From Chitinophagales bacterium (GTDB taxonomy: Bacteria > Bacillota > Syntrophomonadia > Syntrophomonadales > DTU052): DNA of 64,000 nucleotides. Location of the stretch: the NCBI GenBank assembly GCA_050259035.1, contig JBLMZW010000188.1, positions 58,886 through 122,885 on the forward strand. The letters run 5' to 3'. Under the pieces are notes generated by a model that was not told the origin of the DNA, did no database searches, and saw only the letters and a list, made by a program, of their open reading frames with translations. Below are positions 40,204-49,869 of this stretch, piece after piece (the stretch's first letter is position 1; every line of letters begins with the position of its first letter). A program made the position numbers and the translations under genes.

Positions 40204-40232
40204 ACTATAATAGAAAGAAAGGTAACGTACAA
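40204..40232 (-). promoter_or_regulatory. Candidate sigma-A promoter for the permease (TTGTAC-N17-TATAGT on the minus strand)
   Basis: Read on the minus strand, the -35 is at 40232-40227 and the -10 at 40209-40204. This leaves a leader of about 90-100 nt. Confidence 0.4.
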
Positions 40233-40382
40233 TTTGGGATACGGATATATGGCTTTGGGGTAGTCTATATCCATCAAAACTATCGGAAAGGAGGATAACA
40301 TTAGAAGTCTTAAGTTAAGATCCTGGGTCCATTTTTGTTTTTATTGTGGGGGTCGATTTTGCAGTCTAAAGGGGGAAGTTTT

Positions 40383-41222
40383 ATGGGCTCTAGGAATGCT
40401 GAAGGTTGTACAAGCACCAAGCTCAGCGATTTTCTTAATGAAGAATATGATTGTTTGGAATCTAGCGAAATAAAAGTATGGGGCTGGTTAAACCAAGGAC
40501 TCTTAATGTCTGAGAATGGCGAATTAGAAGGGGCAAGGGAATGTTTTGATCGGGTACTGTCAACCAATGATATCAACGAGATAATATGGCTGGCCAAGGG
40601 AATTGTATTGCATTGTTATGGGAAGCTGACCGAAGAAATCCAATGCTATGATCATGCATTAGAGATTGACCCTTTTTACGAGGATGCATGGATAAACAAA
40701 GGTAATACCCTATGTAAATTAGGTGATTTTGAAACGGCTCTTTCTTGTTTTGATGAAGTTTTGAGTAGAAACCCTGAAAACCTGGATGTTCTAAGTAATA
40801 AGGGCCAAGTCTTAAAAATGATGGAAAATTGGCAAGGCGCTTTGGTTTGCTTTGAAGAGCTACTCCTGAAAAATAATTTGGACGGAGAAGCGTGGTTTAA
40901 CAGGGGAGTATGCCTTGATCAACTAAGCCAGCTGGAAGAAGCATTAGTTTCCTTTGAAATGGTAGTAAAGATTGATCCCAAAGATTCATATGCCTGGGTT
41001 AACCTTGGAAGCTGTCTAGTAAAAACAAATGACTATTCAGGTGCTTTAGAATGCTACACCCAGGCTCTTAATGTAAATCCTTTGCATCAACAGGCATGGT
41101 ATTACAAGGGAAACTTGCTTGCTAGCATGGGAATGACCGATGCGGCCTATAATTGTTTCCAAAAAGTCTCAAGCATTGACAGGATAACGTCTTCGGACCA
41201 ACAGACATCGGTTAAGCAGTGA
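40383..41222 (+). CDS. Tetratricopeptide (TPR) repeat protein
   Basis: Six to seven consecutive 34-aa repeats with the W/Y..G.....G....A...Y..AL...P pattern (for example AWINKGNTLCKLGDFETALSCFDEVLSRNPEN). AAGGGGGA lies before ATG 40383. Confidence 0.7.
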   Translation: MGSRNAEGCTSTKLSDFLNEEYDCLESSEIKVWGWLNQGLLMSENGELEGARECFDRVLSTNDINEIIWLAKGIVLHCYGKLTEEIQCYDHALEIDPFYEDAWINKGNTLCKLGDFETALSCFDEVLSRNPENLDVLSNKGQVLKMMENWQGALVCFEELLLKNNLDGEAWFNRGVCLDQLSQLEEALVSFEMVVKIDPKDSYAWVNLGSCLVKTNDYSGALECYTQALNVNPLHQQAWYYKGNLLASMGMTDAAYNCFQKVSSIDRITSSDQQTSVKQ

Positions 41223-41270
41223 TGTATATTCTCTGGGCAAATTGTAATAATCATAATAAGGATAGCATGC

Positions 41271-41298
41271 TTGCAGATTCCTGATAGTATGTTATACT
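41271..41298 (+). promoter_or_regulatory. Candidate sigma-A promoter of the rimP-nusA-infB operon (TTGCAG-N16-TGtTATACT)
   Basis: The -35 is at 41271-41276 and the extended -10 is at 41290-41298. Confidence 0.45.
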
Positions 41299-41337
41299 TT
41301 ATTTGTACTCGTACTATATATTCGTCCTGTGGAGAAG

Positions 41338-41360
41338 AGTGGGTTCAAACCCACTTTTTC
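41338..41360 (+). terminator. Short intrinsic-terminator-like hairpin in the rimP-nusA leader (candidate attenuator)
   Basis: AGTGGGT-TCAA-ACCCACT followed by TTTTT. It lies about 40 nt downstream of the candidate promoter and 29 nt before the rimP ATG. Confidence 0.45.
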
Positions 41361-41388
41361 TGTTGTAACTCACGGGAGGTATTAGAAT

Positions 41389-41850
41389 ATGAAAAATAAT
41401 GATGTTATACAACAATTAGAACCTTTACTTGAACGCGAGTTATCTGCCATTGGAATTGAACTAGTAGATCTAGAATATCGCAAGGAACGAGGTTCTATGG
41501 TTTTACGGGTTTTTATAGATAAGGAAAGTGGTGTAAATCTCGACACGTGCCAGGAAGTGAGCAGATTGATAGGAGATTTGCTGGATTCCGAAACCATATT
41601 TGATCAATCCTATAATCTTGAGGTTTCGTCACCGGGATTAGACCGGATAATAAAAAAAGAAAAAGACTTCGTTAGATTTTCAGGACGCAGAATCACCGTG
41701 CGTGTTAACGAACCGATAGAAGGGCAGAAGAACTTTACGGGAATCCTGAGAGGTCTGGTAAATGAGTCGATATTGATCGAACAGGATGATGGGACGGTAG
41801 CAATCCCTAGAAACATGACCACCAGGGTTCGTTTGGTGGTAGAAATATGA
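41389..41850 (+). CDS. rimP: Ribosome maturation factor RimP
   Basis: LVDLEYRKERGSMVLRVFIDKESGVNLDTCQEVSR, and a position upstream of nusA. Confidence 0.85.
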   Translation: MKNNDVIQQLEPLLERELSAIGIELVDLEYRKERGSMVLRVFIDKESGVNLDTCQEVSRLIGDLLDSETIFDQSYNLEVSSPGLDRIIKKEKDFVRFSGRRITVRVNEPIEGQKNFTGILRGLVNESILIEQDDGTVAIPRNMTTRVRLVVEI

Positions 41851-41863
41851 AGGAGGCATGGGG

Positions 41864-42907
41864 ATGTCCACTGAATTAATTCAGGCTCTGGGTGAACTGG
41901 AGAAGGAGCGGGGAATCCCGAAGGAAGTCTTAATTGAAGCGATAGAATCTGCGCTGAAGACTGCCTATAAGAAAAACTTCGGTTCGGCACAAAATGTTGA
42001 AATACAAATGGATAGCCTGACAGGTGCTGTTAAGGTATTTGCCAGGAAAGAAGTAGTTGAACAGGTTACGGACGACAGAACTCAAATTCTGTTAAGTGAT
42101 GCCGATATTATCAAAAATGGTGTCGTTATTGGTGACGAAGTAGATATAGAGGTTACTCCGGCAAACTTTGGGCGCATTGCCGCTCAGACCGCAAAACAGG
42201 TAGTAATACAGCGTTTAAGAGAGGCCGAACGAAGCCTTATATTTGAGGAGTATTCGAACCGGGAAGGAGAGATAGTCTCTGGTACCGTTCAACGAAATGA
42301 GCAGAAAGTAATTGTAATTAATCTGGGTCCCACCGAAGCCATTATGTTGCCACAGGATCAAATTCCTACAGAAGGTTATTCGCCCGGTCAAAGGATTAAG
42401 GTTTACATTTATGAAGTAAAAAGAACTGCTAAAGGTCCTCAAATTTATGTTTCCAGGTCTCATCCTAACTTCCTGAAAAGACTCTTTGAAATGGAGGTCC
42501 CAGAAATCTTTGATGGACTGGTAGAGATTAAATCTATTGCCAGGGAAGCAGGCTTCCGTTCTAAAATTGCGGTTTTTTCCCGGGATGAAAGAATTGACCC
42601 GGTTGGAGCGTGTGTAGGTCCGCGAGGAATGAGAGTACAAAACATAGTACGGGAACTTAATGGAGAAAAGATCGATATTATCAAGTGGGATACCGATATG
42701 AGAATATATATCGCCAATGCCTTGAGCCCTGCTAGAGTAATAGATGTTGAACCAAGAGAAAACGAAAAAGCATCAAGAGTTGTTGTTCCCGACAACCAGC
42801 TTTCTCTGGCTATCGGAAAAGAAGGTCAAAACGCTCGATTGGCAGCTAAATTAACTGCGTGGAAGATTGATATTAAGAGCGAAAGCCAGGTGGCCGGGGA
42901 GGAATAA
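41864..42907 (+). CDS. nusA: Transcription termination/antitermination factor NusA
   Basis: MSTELIQALGELEKERGI plus S1 and two KH domains (GACVGPRGMRVQNIVRELNGEKIDI; LAIGKEGQNARLAAKLTAWKIDI). AGGAGG lies 7 nt before ATG 41864. Confidence 0.9.
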   Translation: MSTELIQALGELEKERGIPKEVLIEAIESALKTAYKKNFGSAQNVEIQMDSLTGAVKVFARKEVVEQVTDDRTQILLSDADIIKNGVVIGDEVDIEVTPANFGRIAAQTAKQVVIQRLREAERSLIFEEYSNREGEIVSGTVQRNEQKVIVINLGPTEAIMLPQDQIPTEGYSPGQRIKVYIYEVKRTAKGPQIYVSRSHPNFLKRLFEMEVPEIFDGLVEIKSIAREAGFRSKIAVFSRDERIDPVGACVGPRGMRVQNIVRELNGEKIDIIKWDTDMRIYIANALSPARVIDVEPRENEKASRVVVPDNQLSLAIGKEGQNARLAAKLTAWKIDIKSESQVAGEE

Positions 42908-42909
42908 AA

Positions 42910-43179
42910 TTGGCCAAAGTTAAGAAAGTTCCTCAACGTATGTGTGTTGGATGTCGCGAAATGAAAAATAAAAAGGATCTCATCAGGGTGGTCAGGACAC
43001 CTGATGGTGAGGTTCAACTTGACCGAACTGGAAAGAAATCTGGGCGAGGGGCTTATATTTGTCCCGTGGAATCCTGTTATAAAGTAGCAATTAAGAGTAA
43101 AAGAATTGAAAAGGCTCTGGAAGTAAGTCTTCCGGATGACATAATAGAAGCTATCAGGAAAGAATTGGTGGGAATTTGA
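42910..43179 (+). CDS. ylxR: YlxR/RnpM family (DUF448) RNA-binding protein
   Basis: PQRMCVGCREMKNKKDLIRVV...GRGAYIC. Confidence 0.8.
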   Translation: MAKVKKVPQRMCVGCREMKNKKDLIRVVRTPDGEVQLDRTGKKSGRGAYICPVESCYKVAIKSKRIEKALEVSLPDDIIEAIRKELVGI

Positions 43180-43526
43180 AAAAGAATATCTATCAGCTGA
43201 TTGGACTGGCCTGTAAGGCGGGTCAAGTTTCTTCAGGCAGCATGGCGGCTAAAACCAGTATTATTAGAAGAAGAGCCAAGTTATTGATAATTAGCCAGGA
43301 TATATCGGAAAAAACCAGAGAAGGTTTAGTTGCTATTGCGAAGAAAAGTAGTTTACCCTGGGTTGTTCTGGGGGATAAGTTCAAACTTGGGGCCCACGTC
43401 GGAAAAGCATACCGGGTGGCCCTGACTATAAATGATGATAATTTAGCCGATAGCATTTTACAGGTTTTACACGGGATGTCGGCAGATGAAGCGATCTCGA
43501 CGGGGGTGGTTGAATGGCGAAAATAA
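43176..43526 (+). CDS. ylxQ: L7Ae/YlxQ family ribosomal-protein-like RNA-binding protein
   Basis: [13 protein letters not shown]. It sits between ylxR and infB and has a TTGA overlap. Confidence 0.75.
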   Translation: MKKNIYQLIGLACKAGQVSSGSMAAKTSIIRRRAKLLIISQDISEKTREGLVAIAKKSSLPWVVLGDKFKLGAHVGKAYRVALTINDDNLADSILQVLHGMSADEAISTGVVEWRK

Positions 43527-46180
43527 GAGTTCACGAGTTGGCAAGGGAACTGAATTTACCAAGTAAAAAACTTATCGAAATGATTACTGGTCTGGGCATT
43601 GATGTCAAAAATCACATGAGCACACTTGAAGATCAGCAGGCTGAATGGATAAAACGCAGGCTGAACGAGCCTCAAGAGACTCCTAAAAAGGCTGCCGTTG
43701 CTAAACCAGAGCCTAGAAAGGCAGAAAAAGCCAGTGATATACCATCGAGCCCAAATAAACCTTCACAACCGGTTAAAGGGAAACCAGAAACGAATAACCA
43801 GATAAATACACAAACAAAAAGTGATATTTCGCAAAAGGCAGACCGCAAAGACATACCTGATAGACCAAGATCTAAGCCGGAAGCCGGGCAGGATAACCGG
43901 GGTCCCGCGCCAGTTCGTAGTTCTTTTGGTCAGCCAGGACAACAACAACCCAGACAAGGTAATCGGACTCAAGTACCAAACAGGCCCTTCCGTGAGGATG
44001 CTGGTCCATCAGGACCCAGGCAGGATAACAGAACTACACCCCCCCACACACCATTTAGAGGGGCTTCCGGTCCGTCGGGAACTCAATCTAGGCCAGATAA
44101 CAGGCCGACAAATCAGTTTAGAGGACCAACGGGGCAACCTGGCAGACAGCCTCGGCCCGATAATCGCCCCCAGGCACCCGGCATGCCCAAAAGGGAATAT
44201 GGTGAGAACAAGCCAGCCGGACAACCAGCAAATAGACCGGGGGTTGACAATCGACCTCAGACTACTGTAGCGCCTAAAAAGGAATACGGTGAGAACAAGC
44301 CAGCCGGACAACAAACAAATAGGCCAGGGCCGAATCACAGGGACCGGCCTGATTCCTTTCAAGGTCCCAAACCCTTCAAAGGGAGGCATGGCAAGAAAAA
44401 ATCTAAGAAGGTTGAAACCAGGCGAGAAGATGTGCCAGAAATGATTACTATTGGCGAAAAAATTACCGTAAGAGACCTGGCTGAAAAGATGAATAAGAGC
44501 CCGGCGGAAATTATTAGAAAACTAATGCTTTTGGGAATGACAGTATCGTTGAATAATGATATTGATTATGATATTGCTGAAATGATAGCGATCGATTTCA
44601 AGGTAAGAGTAGAGCGGGAAAAGACAGCCGAAGAACTTATTTTAGAGGATATAGTAGATAACCCTGAAAATATGGTTTCAAGACCTCCCGTGGTAACAGT
44701 AATGGGTCATGTAGACCATGGAAAAACTTCGCTTTTGGATGCCATACGAGAGACAAATGTCGTATCGAAAGAAGCCGGGGGAATAACTCAGCATATCGGG
44801 GCTTATCAAGTAGAAATTAATAATCAGAAGATAACATTCATTGACACACCAGGTCATGAAGCTTTTACTGCTATGCGGGCCCGTGGAGCTCAGGCTACTG
44901 ATATAGCCATTCTAGTAGTTGCTGCTGACGATGGGGTAATGCCTCAAACAATTGAAGCCATAAACCACGCCAAAGCTGCTATGGTACCCATAATAGTTGC
45001 GGTAAATAAAATAGACAAAGATAACGCTAATCCGGATAGGGTTAAACAGCAATTAACAGAGTACGGTCTCGTTGCTGAAGAATGGGGCGGTGATACGGTT
45101 AGTGTCCTGGTATCTGCTAAGAGTCATCAGGGGATTGAACATCTGCTGGAGATGATTCTTCTAGTAGCGGAAATGAGGGAACTTACAGCTGACCCGGAGC
45201 GAGTTGCCGAAGGCGTAATTATTGAAGGCCAACTTGATAAGGCCAGGGGGCCACTAGCCACGGCTCTGGTCCAAAAAGGCACTTTAAAAGTTGGTGATAG
45301 TATAATTTGCGGAACCTCCTTTGGTAAGGTTCGGGCTATGATTAATGATATTGGTGAAAGAGTCAATGAGGTAGGCCCGTCGACACCGGTCGAAGTTCTA
45401 GGATTAACCGAAGTGCCAATGGCCGGTGATCGTTTGCGAGTTGTTGATGAGAAAGTAGCCCGACAGGTAAGCCAACTGCGTATAGACGAAAAACGCCGGG
45501 AGGAACAAAGTAAGACTACAAGGGTGTCGTTAGATGACTTCTTTAAACAAATAAAAGAGGGAGAAGTCAAGGAACTCAATCTTATTGTCAAAGGCGATGT
45601 TCAGGGTAGTGTTGAAGCCGTTACTCAATCCTTACTTAGGCTTACAACTGATGAGGTTAAGGTCAACGTCATACACTCAGGTGTTGGAGCCATAACCGAA
45701 AATGATGTAACATTGGCTTCAGCGTCAAACGCCATAATTATAGGGTTTAATGTCAGACCGGACACCAAGGCCAGAAAGTATGGGGAAGAAGAGAAAATAG
45801 ATGTAAGGTTATATCGTGTGATATACGAAGCCATCGATGATGTTAAAAAGGCGATGGCAGGTCTGCTTGAGCCTGAGCTTGTCGAAGTATATCAGGGCAG
45901 GGTCGAGGTCAGGGCAATTTTTAAGGTTCCAAAAATTGGAACAGTGGCTGGATGCTATGTTTCAGAAGGTAAGATTACTCGTAACTCAAATATCAGGGTG
46001 TTGAGAGACGGGGTTGTTGTTTTTGAAGGTAAATTAGCATCACTTAAGAGGTTTAAAGACGATGCCAAAGAGGTTTTAGAGAACTATGAATGTGGCATGG
46101 GTATAGAAGGATTCGGCGATATTAAAGAAGGCGATCTGATTGAAGCCTACATTATTGAAGAGGTTGCAAGAGAGCTTTAA
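43514..46180 (+). CDS. infB: Translation initiation factor IF-2
   Basis: GTPase motifs [17 protein letters not shown] and NKID. It is 888 aa with a P/Q/R/N-rich repetitive N-terminal linker. Confidence 0.95.
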   Translation: MAKIRVHELARELNLPSKKLIEMITGLGIDVKNHMSTLEDQQAEWIKRRLNEPQETPKKAAVAKPEPRKAEKASDIPSSPNKPSQPVKGKPETNNQINTQTKSDISQKADRKDIPDRPRSKPEAGQDNRGPAPVRSSFGQPGQQQPRQGNRTQVPNRPFREDAGPSGPRQDNRTTPPHTPFRGASGPSGTQSRPDNRPTNQFRGPTGQPGRQPRPDNRPQAPGMPKREYGENKPAGQPANRPGVDNRPQTTVAPKKEYGENKPAGQQTNRPGPNHRDRPDSFQGPKPFKGRHGKKKSKKVETRREDVPEMITIGEKITVRDLAEKMNKSPAEIIRKLMLLGMTVSLNNDIDYDIAEMIAIDFKVRVEREKTAEELILEDIVDNPENMVSRPPVVTVMGHVDHGKTSLLDAIRETNVVSKEAGGITQHIGAYQVEINNQKITFIDTPGHEAFTAMRARGAQATDIAILVVAADDGVMPQTIEAINHAKAAMVPIIVAVNKIDKDNANPDRVKQQLTEYGLVAEEWGGDTVSVLVSAKSHQGIEHLLEMILLVAEMRELTADPERVAEGVIIEGQLDKARGPLATALVQKGTLKVGDSIICGTSFGKVRAMINDIGERVNEVGPSTPVEVLGLTEVPMAGDRLRVVDEKVARQVSQLRIDEKRREEQSKTTRVSLDDFFKQIKEGEVKELNLIVKGDVQGSVEAVTQSLLRLTTDEVKVNVIHSGVGAITENDVTLASASNAIIIGFNVRPDTKARKYGEEEKIDVRLYRVIYEAIDDVKKAMAGLLEPELVEVYQGRVEVRAIFKVPKIGTVAGCYVSEGKITRNSNIRVLRDGVVVFEGKLASLKRFKDDAKEVLENYECGMGIEGFGDIKEGDLIEAYIIEEVAREL
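44186..44329 (+). repeat. Tandem direct repeat inside infB (two copies of about 57 bp at an 87-bp period), encoding PK(R/K)[14 protein letters not shown]
   Basis: Copy 1 is 44186-44242 and copy 2 is 44273-44329. They share a 26-nt identical core, GGTGAGAACAAGCCAGCCGGACAAC. Confidence 0.7.
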
Positions 46181-46197
46181 AAAGCGAGGTGTGACTC

Positions 46198-46560
46198 GTG
46201 AAAGGCCGCAGACTTGAAAAACTATCCGAGGAGATCAAAAGAGAGATATCTAGTATATTGGCCGGAGAAATGAAGGATCCCCGACTAGGTATGATTTCTG
46301 TAACCAGAGTAGAGGTATCCAATGATTTGAGTCATGCTGTAGTTTATATTAGTGCGTTGGGGGAAGAAGACAAGAGAGAAGAAAGCATGGAAGCCTTAGA
46401 AAAGGCCCGGGGCTATGTCAGGACCGAATTGTCCAACCGAATCAGGATGAGACATGCACCAGAAATCCATTTTCGTCTGGATCGATCTATAGAACACGGG
46501 ATTAAAATTGCTGCTATCCTGGAGGAGTTGAAGGGAAAAATAGAAAATGGCAACGATTGA
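46198..46560 (+). CDS. rbfA: Ribosome-binding factor A
   Basis: KDPRLGMISVTRVEVSNDLSHAVVYIS, and a length of 120 aa. Confidence 0.9.
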   Translation: MKGRRLEKLSEEIKREISSILAGEMKDPRLGMISVTRVEVSNDLSHAVVYISALGEEDKREESMEALEKARGYVRTELSNRIRMRHAPEIHFRLDRSIEHGIKIAAILEELKGKIENGND

Positions 46561-47518
46561 TTTGAATCCGGTGGCGTCTGTTCTGCAAACTTATTCACAG
46601 TGGACGGTTGTAGGACACAATATTCCTGATGGTGATTGCATAGGGGCTGTTATAGGGTTACAAAACACCCTGAAACAAATGGGAAAAGATATTACTTCAG
46701 TTATTGAAGAAGGCGTCCCCTCCATGTACCAATTCCTCGATGGATGGGAGCATATAAGTACTTTCCAAAATCCCGGGTTGATTCATAAGAATATTATTTA
46801 TGTTGATTGCAGCGACCGGCAGCGGGTAGGAGAGAAACTTACCACTCTTTTAGAATCTGCTGAATTTGTAGTAAATATTGATCATCACGTTAGCAATCAA
46901 AAATTTGGAAATATTAATCTTGTTGATGAGTACGCATCATCAACCTGCGAACTCCTGTTCAACTTGATCAAATTATTAAATATAAGTATTGGGCATGAAA
47001 TAGCTACTCCTTTGTACTGTGGAATTGTGATGGACAGTGGCCGTTTTCAGTACTCCGCCACCCGTCCCGAAACCCTTGAAACTGCGGCGGAGCTCCTAAG
47101 GAGTGGGGTAAACCTTGATCTGGTGCGAGGTAGGTTATTTGAATCAAAATCAAAGTTAGAAATGACGGTTACTTCAGCGGCACTCGAAACTCTGTCATTC
47201 AGCGAAGATAATCGATTAGCATGGATGTGGCTATCAAACTCGGTACTGTCTAAGCTGGGCGCTATTGGTAAACATTTTGAGGGAATAATAGACTTTGCCC
47301 GGAACGTAGAAGGCGTCGAGGTAGCCGTTCTATTTCGTGAAATAGAGCCAGGGAAAATTAAGATCGGAATTAGGTCTAAAGGCACTATTGATGCCAATCA
47401 GGCTGCAGCTTTATGGGGAGGCGGAGGACACCGTAGAGCAGCAGGTGCCATGTTAACCGGAGAGATTAAAGATGTAATTGAGCAGGTAACTGGCAGGTTC
47501 AAGGACGAGTTATTGTGA
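46547..47518 (+). CDS. nrnA: DHH/DHHA1 phosphoesterase (NrnA-like oligoribonuclease/pAp phosphatase)
   Basis: Motifs HNIPDGDCIG, NIDHHVSN and GGGGHRRAAG. Confidence 0.75.
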   Translation: MATIDLNPVASVLQTYSQWTVVGHNIPDGDCIGAVIGLQNTLKQMGKDITSVIEEGVPSMYQFLDGWEHISTFQNPGLIHKNIIYVDCSDRQRVGEKLTTLLESAEFVVNIDHHVSNQKFGNINLVDEYASSTCELLFNLIKLLNISIGHEIATPLYCGIVMDSGRFQYSATRPETLETAAELLRSGVNLDLVRGRLFESKSKLEMTVTSAALETLSFSEDNRLAWMWLSNSVLSKLGAIGKHFEGIIDFARNVEGVEVAVLFREIEPGKIKIGIRSKGTIDANQAAALWGGGGHRRAAGAMLTGEIKDVIEQVTGRFKDELL

Positions 47519-48396
47519 ATGGGTTCTTAAACGTATCAAAACCTCAATCAATCACTTCATTCGATGTTATTCGTAGAATTCGACCGCTTATCCCCGGAGT
47601 TAAAATTGGGCATCTTGGTACCCTGGATCCTATGGCGGAAGGAGTTTTGCCATTAGCTCTGGGGTATGCTACGAGATTAATCGAATATATTTCCGATGAT
47701 ACTAAAGAATATACCGCTGAGATGGTCTTAGGTGGGACATCAGATACCCAGGATGCAACCGGGCAAATAACGCCCTATTCAGGTTGTGTCTTTGATCACC
47801 ATACTATAAAAGACACCATGGATCTATTCCGTGGTGAGATTGAACAGGTGCCTCCAATTTATTCAGCAGTGCATTACCAGGGACGACGTCTCTATGAATA
47901 TGCTCGCAAGGGCATCGAGGTAGCACCTATTTCTAGAAAAATAAACATAAAAAAATTAGATTTACTGGATTTAGACTGCCAGGAAGGGCTGATGAAAGTT
48001 ACCTTCCAGGTGGAATGTTCTGCAGGGACTTATGTTCGGACATTATGCCATGATATAGGACAAAAACTGGGATGCGGAGGATACCTGAACCGACTTATTA
48101 GAACTCGATCCGGTCCCTTTCTTCTAAAGGACGCAATTGCACTTGATGATATAAATAAAGATAGGATACGTCAGGATTTGCTAAAGGCTGAATACCCTTT
48201 AGGCGATTTACCTCATTTGAAGTTAAACAATGATCAAACCTACTGTGTGGTTCATGGCAGAGCGGTAGATTATGTCGAAGCCCAACCTGGACAAACGTAT
48301 TTGCTTATGGGATCTGAAGGGAATCTGTTGGCAATAGCTCGTGGCACGATTAATGAAGATAGACCCGTTCTACAGCCAGAAAAGGTACTTAAATAG
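47515..48396 (+). CDS. truB: tRNA pseudouridine-55 synthase
   Basis: GHLGTLDPMAEGVLPL (catalytic Asp), and a GTGA overlap with the upstream gene. Confidence 0.9.
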   Translation: MNGFLNVSKPQSITSFDVIRRIRPLIPGVKIGHLGTLDPMAEGVLPLALGYATRLIEYISDDTKEYTAEMVLGGTSDTQDATGQITPYSGCVFDHHTIKDTMDLFRGEIEQVPPIYSAVHYQGRRLYEYARKGIEVAPISRKINIKKLDLLDLDCQEGLMKVTFQVECSAGTYVRTLCHDIGQKLGCGGYLNRLIRTRSGPFLLKDAIALDDINKDRIRQDLLKAEYPLGDLPHLKLNNDQTYCVVHGRAVDYVEAQPGQTYLLMGSEGNLLAIARGTINEDRPVLQPEKVLK

Positions 48397-48448
48397 GTTT
48401 TAAAGGAACGCAGGTTAGACATAGTTGTTAGGAGTGATAGTAGATCGA

Positions 48449-49381
48449 ATGAATGTAGTATATGGACTTGAGGAATTTAGTAATAAAACAGTGGTTGCTC
48501 TGGGCAATTTCGACGGTGTGCATATTGGACACCAGAAGTTGATCAATGAAGCTATCGCTGATGCCAAGGACAGAGGTATTCCATCATTGGTTATGGTTTT
48601 TGATCCTCATCCGATGAAAGTTCTGGTACCTGCCAAAGCGCCAAAATTGCTTACCACCAATAGGACTAAAGCAGCCATTCTCGCTGACATGGGGCTTGAC
48701 AATTTGATTCTGGCTCCATTTGACATGGAAATAGCGGGTTGGAGCCCGGAACATTTCGTGAAAAAAGTACTTATAGAAACCCTAAAAGCTCGTTCTGTAT
48801 ATGTGGGATATAATTATACATTTGGCAGCCGGGCATCTGGTGATGCTGAGATGTTAGTTGAACTGGGAGATAAATACGGGTTTTCAGTTAAGGTTATTCC
48901 TCCCGTTATGTATGATAACAAGGTCGTTTCAAGCAGCCTGGTCAGGAAATTCATGGAGGCTGGTGATATACCGATGGTAAAAATACTCACCGGGCGCTTT
49001 CCGGCACTTGATGGAGTGGTCATCCAGGGAGAAAAGAGGGGACGTTCTCTGGGGTACCCTACCGCTAACTTGACGATAGATTCTGATTTAATTACCCCTG
49101 GAAGCGGCGTGTACGCAGCTACGGTCCGGGTTCTAAACAATACTTACGGTGCAGTTGTAAATATAGGACATAAACCGACTTTCCATGATAATTATCCTAT
49201 TGCTATCGAAGCCCATATTTTTGATTTCGATGATGATATTTACAACCAGGATATAATGGTTACTCTTATAGAAAAGCTTCGCGGGGAGATAAAATTTGCA
49301 GCTTTGGATGATTTGATACAACAAATTAAAACAGATAGTTTTCAAGCCCGTGCAGTTCTATCCAGAGAAGCCCGGGAATAA
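48449..49381 (+). CDS. ribF: Bifunctional riboflavin kinase/FMN adenylyltransferase
   Basis: ALGNFDGVHIGHQ, and a C-terminal kinase domain (GEKRGRSLGYPTANL ... EAHIFDF). Confidence 0.9.
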   Translation: MNVVYGLEEFSNKTVVALGNFDGVHIGHQKLINEAIADAKDRGIPSLVMVFDPHPMKVLVPAKAPKLLTTNRTKAAILADMGLDNLILAPFDMEIAGWSPEHFVKKVLIETLKARSVYVGYNYTFGSRASGDAEMLVELGDKYGFSVKVIPPVMYDNKVVSSSLVRKFMEAGDIPMVKILTGRFPALDGVVIQGEKRGRSLGYPTANLTIDSDLITPGSGVYAATVRVLNNTYGAVVNIGHKPTFHDNYPIAIEAHIFDFDDDIYNQDIMVTLIEKLRGEIKFAALDDLIQQIKTDSFQARAVLSREARE

Positions 49382-49644
49382 CCGTATTTTAGCGACTGGG
49401 CGAAGTTTACATTTAAATATCACTGTGCTACAATTACTTGCGTATGCGGCAAGATGGTACCTCTGGTTAACGGGAAGCATATATTACTAGAACCGGTCAA
49501 TCGCGGTATCATAAGCCACTATAAAGATAATAAATAGGATAATATACTGAAATCCTTGTTGTTCGTACCGGTACATTGCCAGGAAGCGGCGTAAGAGTTA
49601 CTACGCTCAATGGGAAAATACCGGCGAAACAGGGTGAGATTAGA

Positions 49645-49869
49645 TTGAAGGTCCTGGTCACTGAACACAGTAAGAAAAGACTCAAGGACTTTAGGCAATC
49701 AGGGATAGAAGTGGAAGATTTAATTCTGTCCAGTTTGAAGATACCAGGTCAGGTCCCAACAGCCACGAGATTTCGCGGATTTGTTGCGCAAAAGGGAAAG
49801 GTTTTTGATCTCGTGGTAAAGGATATAGAAGAGGGTAGACTGGTAATTACCGTTATCGGTAAACCCTGA
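49645..49869 (+). CDS. Small hypothetical protein (about 74 aa; 97 aa if TTG 49576 is used) with a DUF4258/small-toxin-like sequence pattern
   Basis: AGGGTGAG lies 6 nt before TTG 49645, and the composition looks protein-like. The pattern VTEHSKKRLKDFRQSGIEVEDL ... GRLVITVIG is present. The family assignment rests on pattern recognition only. Confidence 0.4.
   Translation: MKVLVTEHSKKRLKDFRQSGIEVEDLILSSLKIPGQVPTATRFRGFVAQKGKVFDLVVKDIEEGRLVITVIGKP

Noticed and set aside
39808-40263. 151-aa plus-strand ORF overlapping the 5' end of the permease gene and its upstream region.
   Set aside because: It is mostly antisense to the TM-rich permease N-terminus. It has no RBS, its composition is A/I/P-rich shadow-like, and the remainder runs through the AT-rich promoter region.
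43821-44270. 149-aa alternative-frame ORF (plus antisense ORFs at 43672-44389) inside the infB linker region.
   Set aside because: They are generated by the repetitive P/Q/R/N-coding sequence of IF-2. They have no start context, and the IF-2 frame is continuous and homologous to the family.
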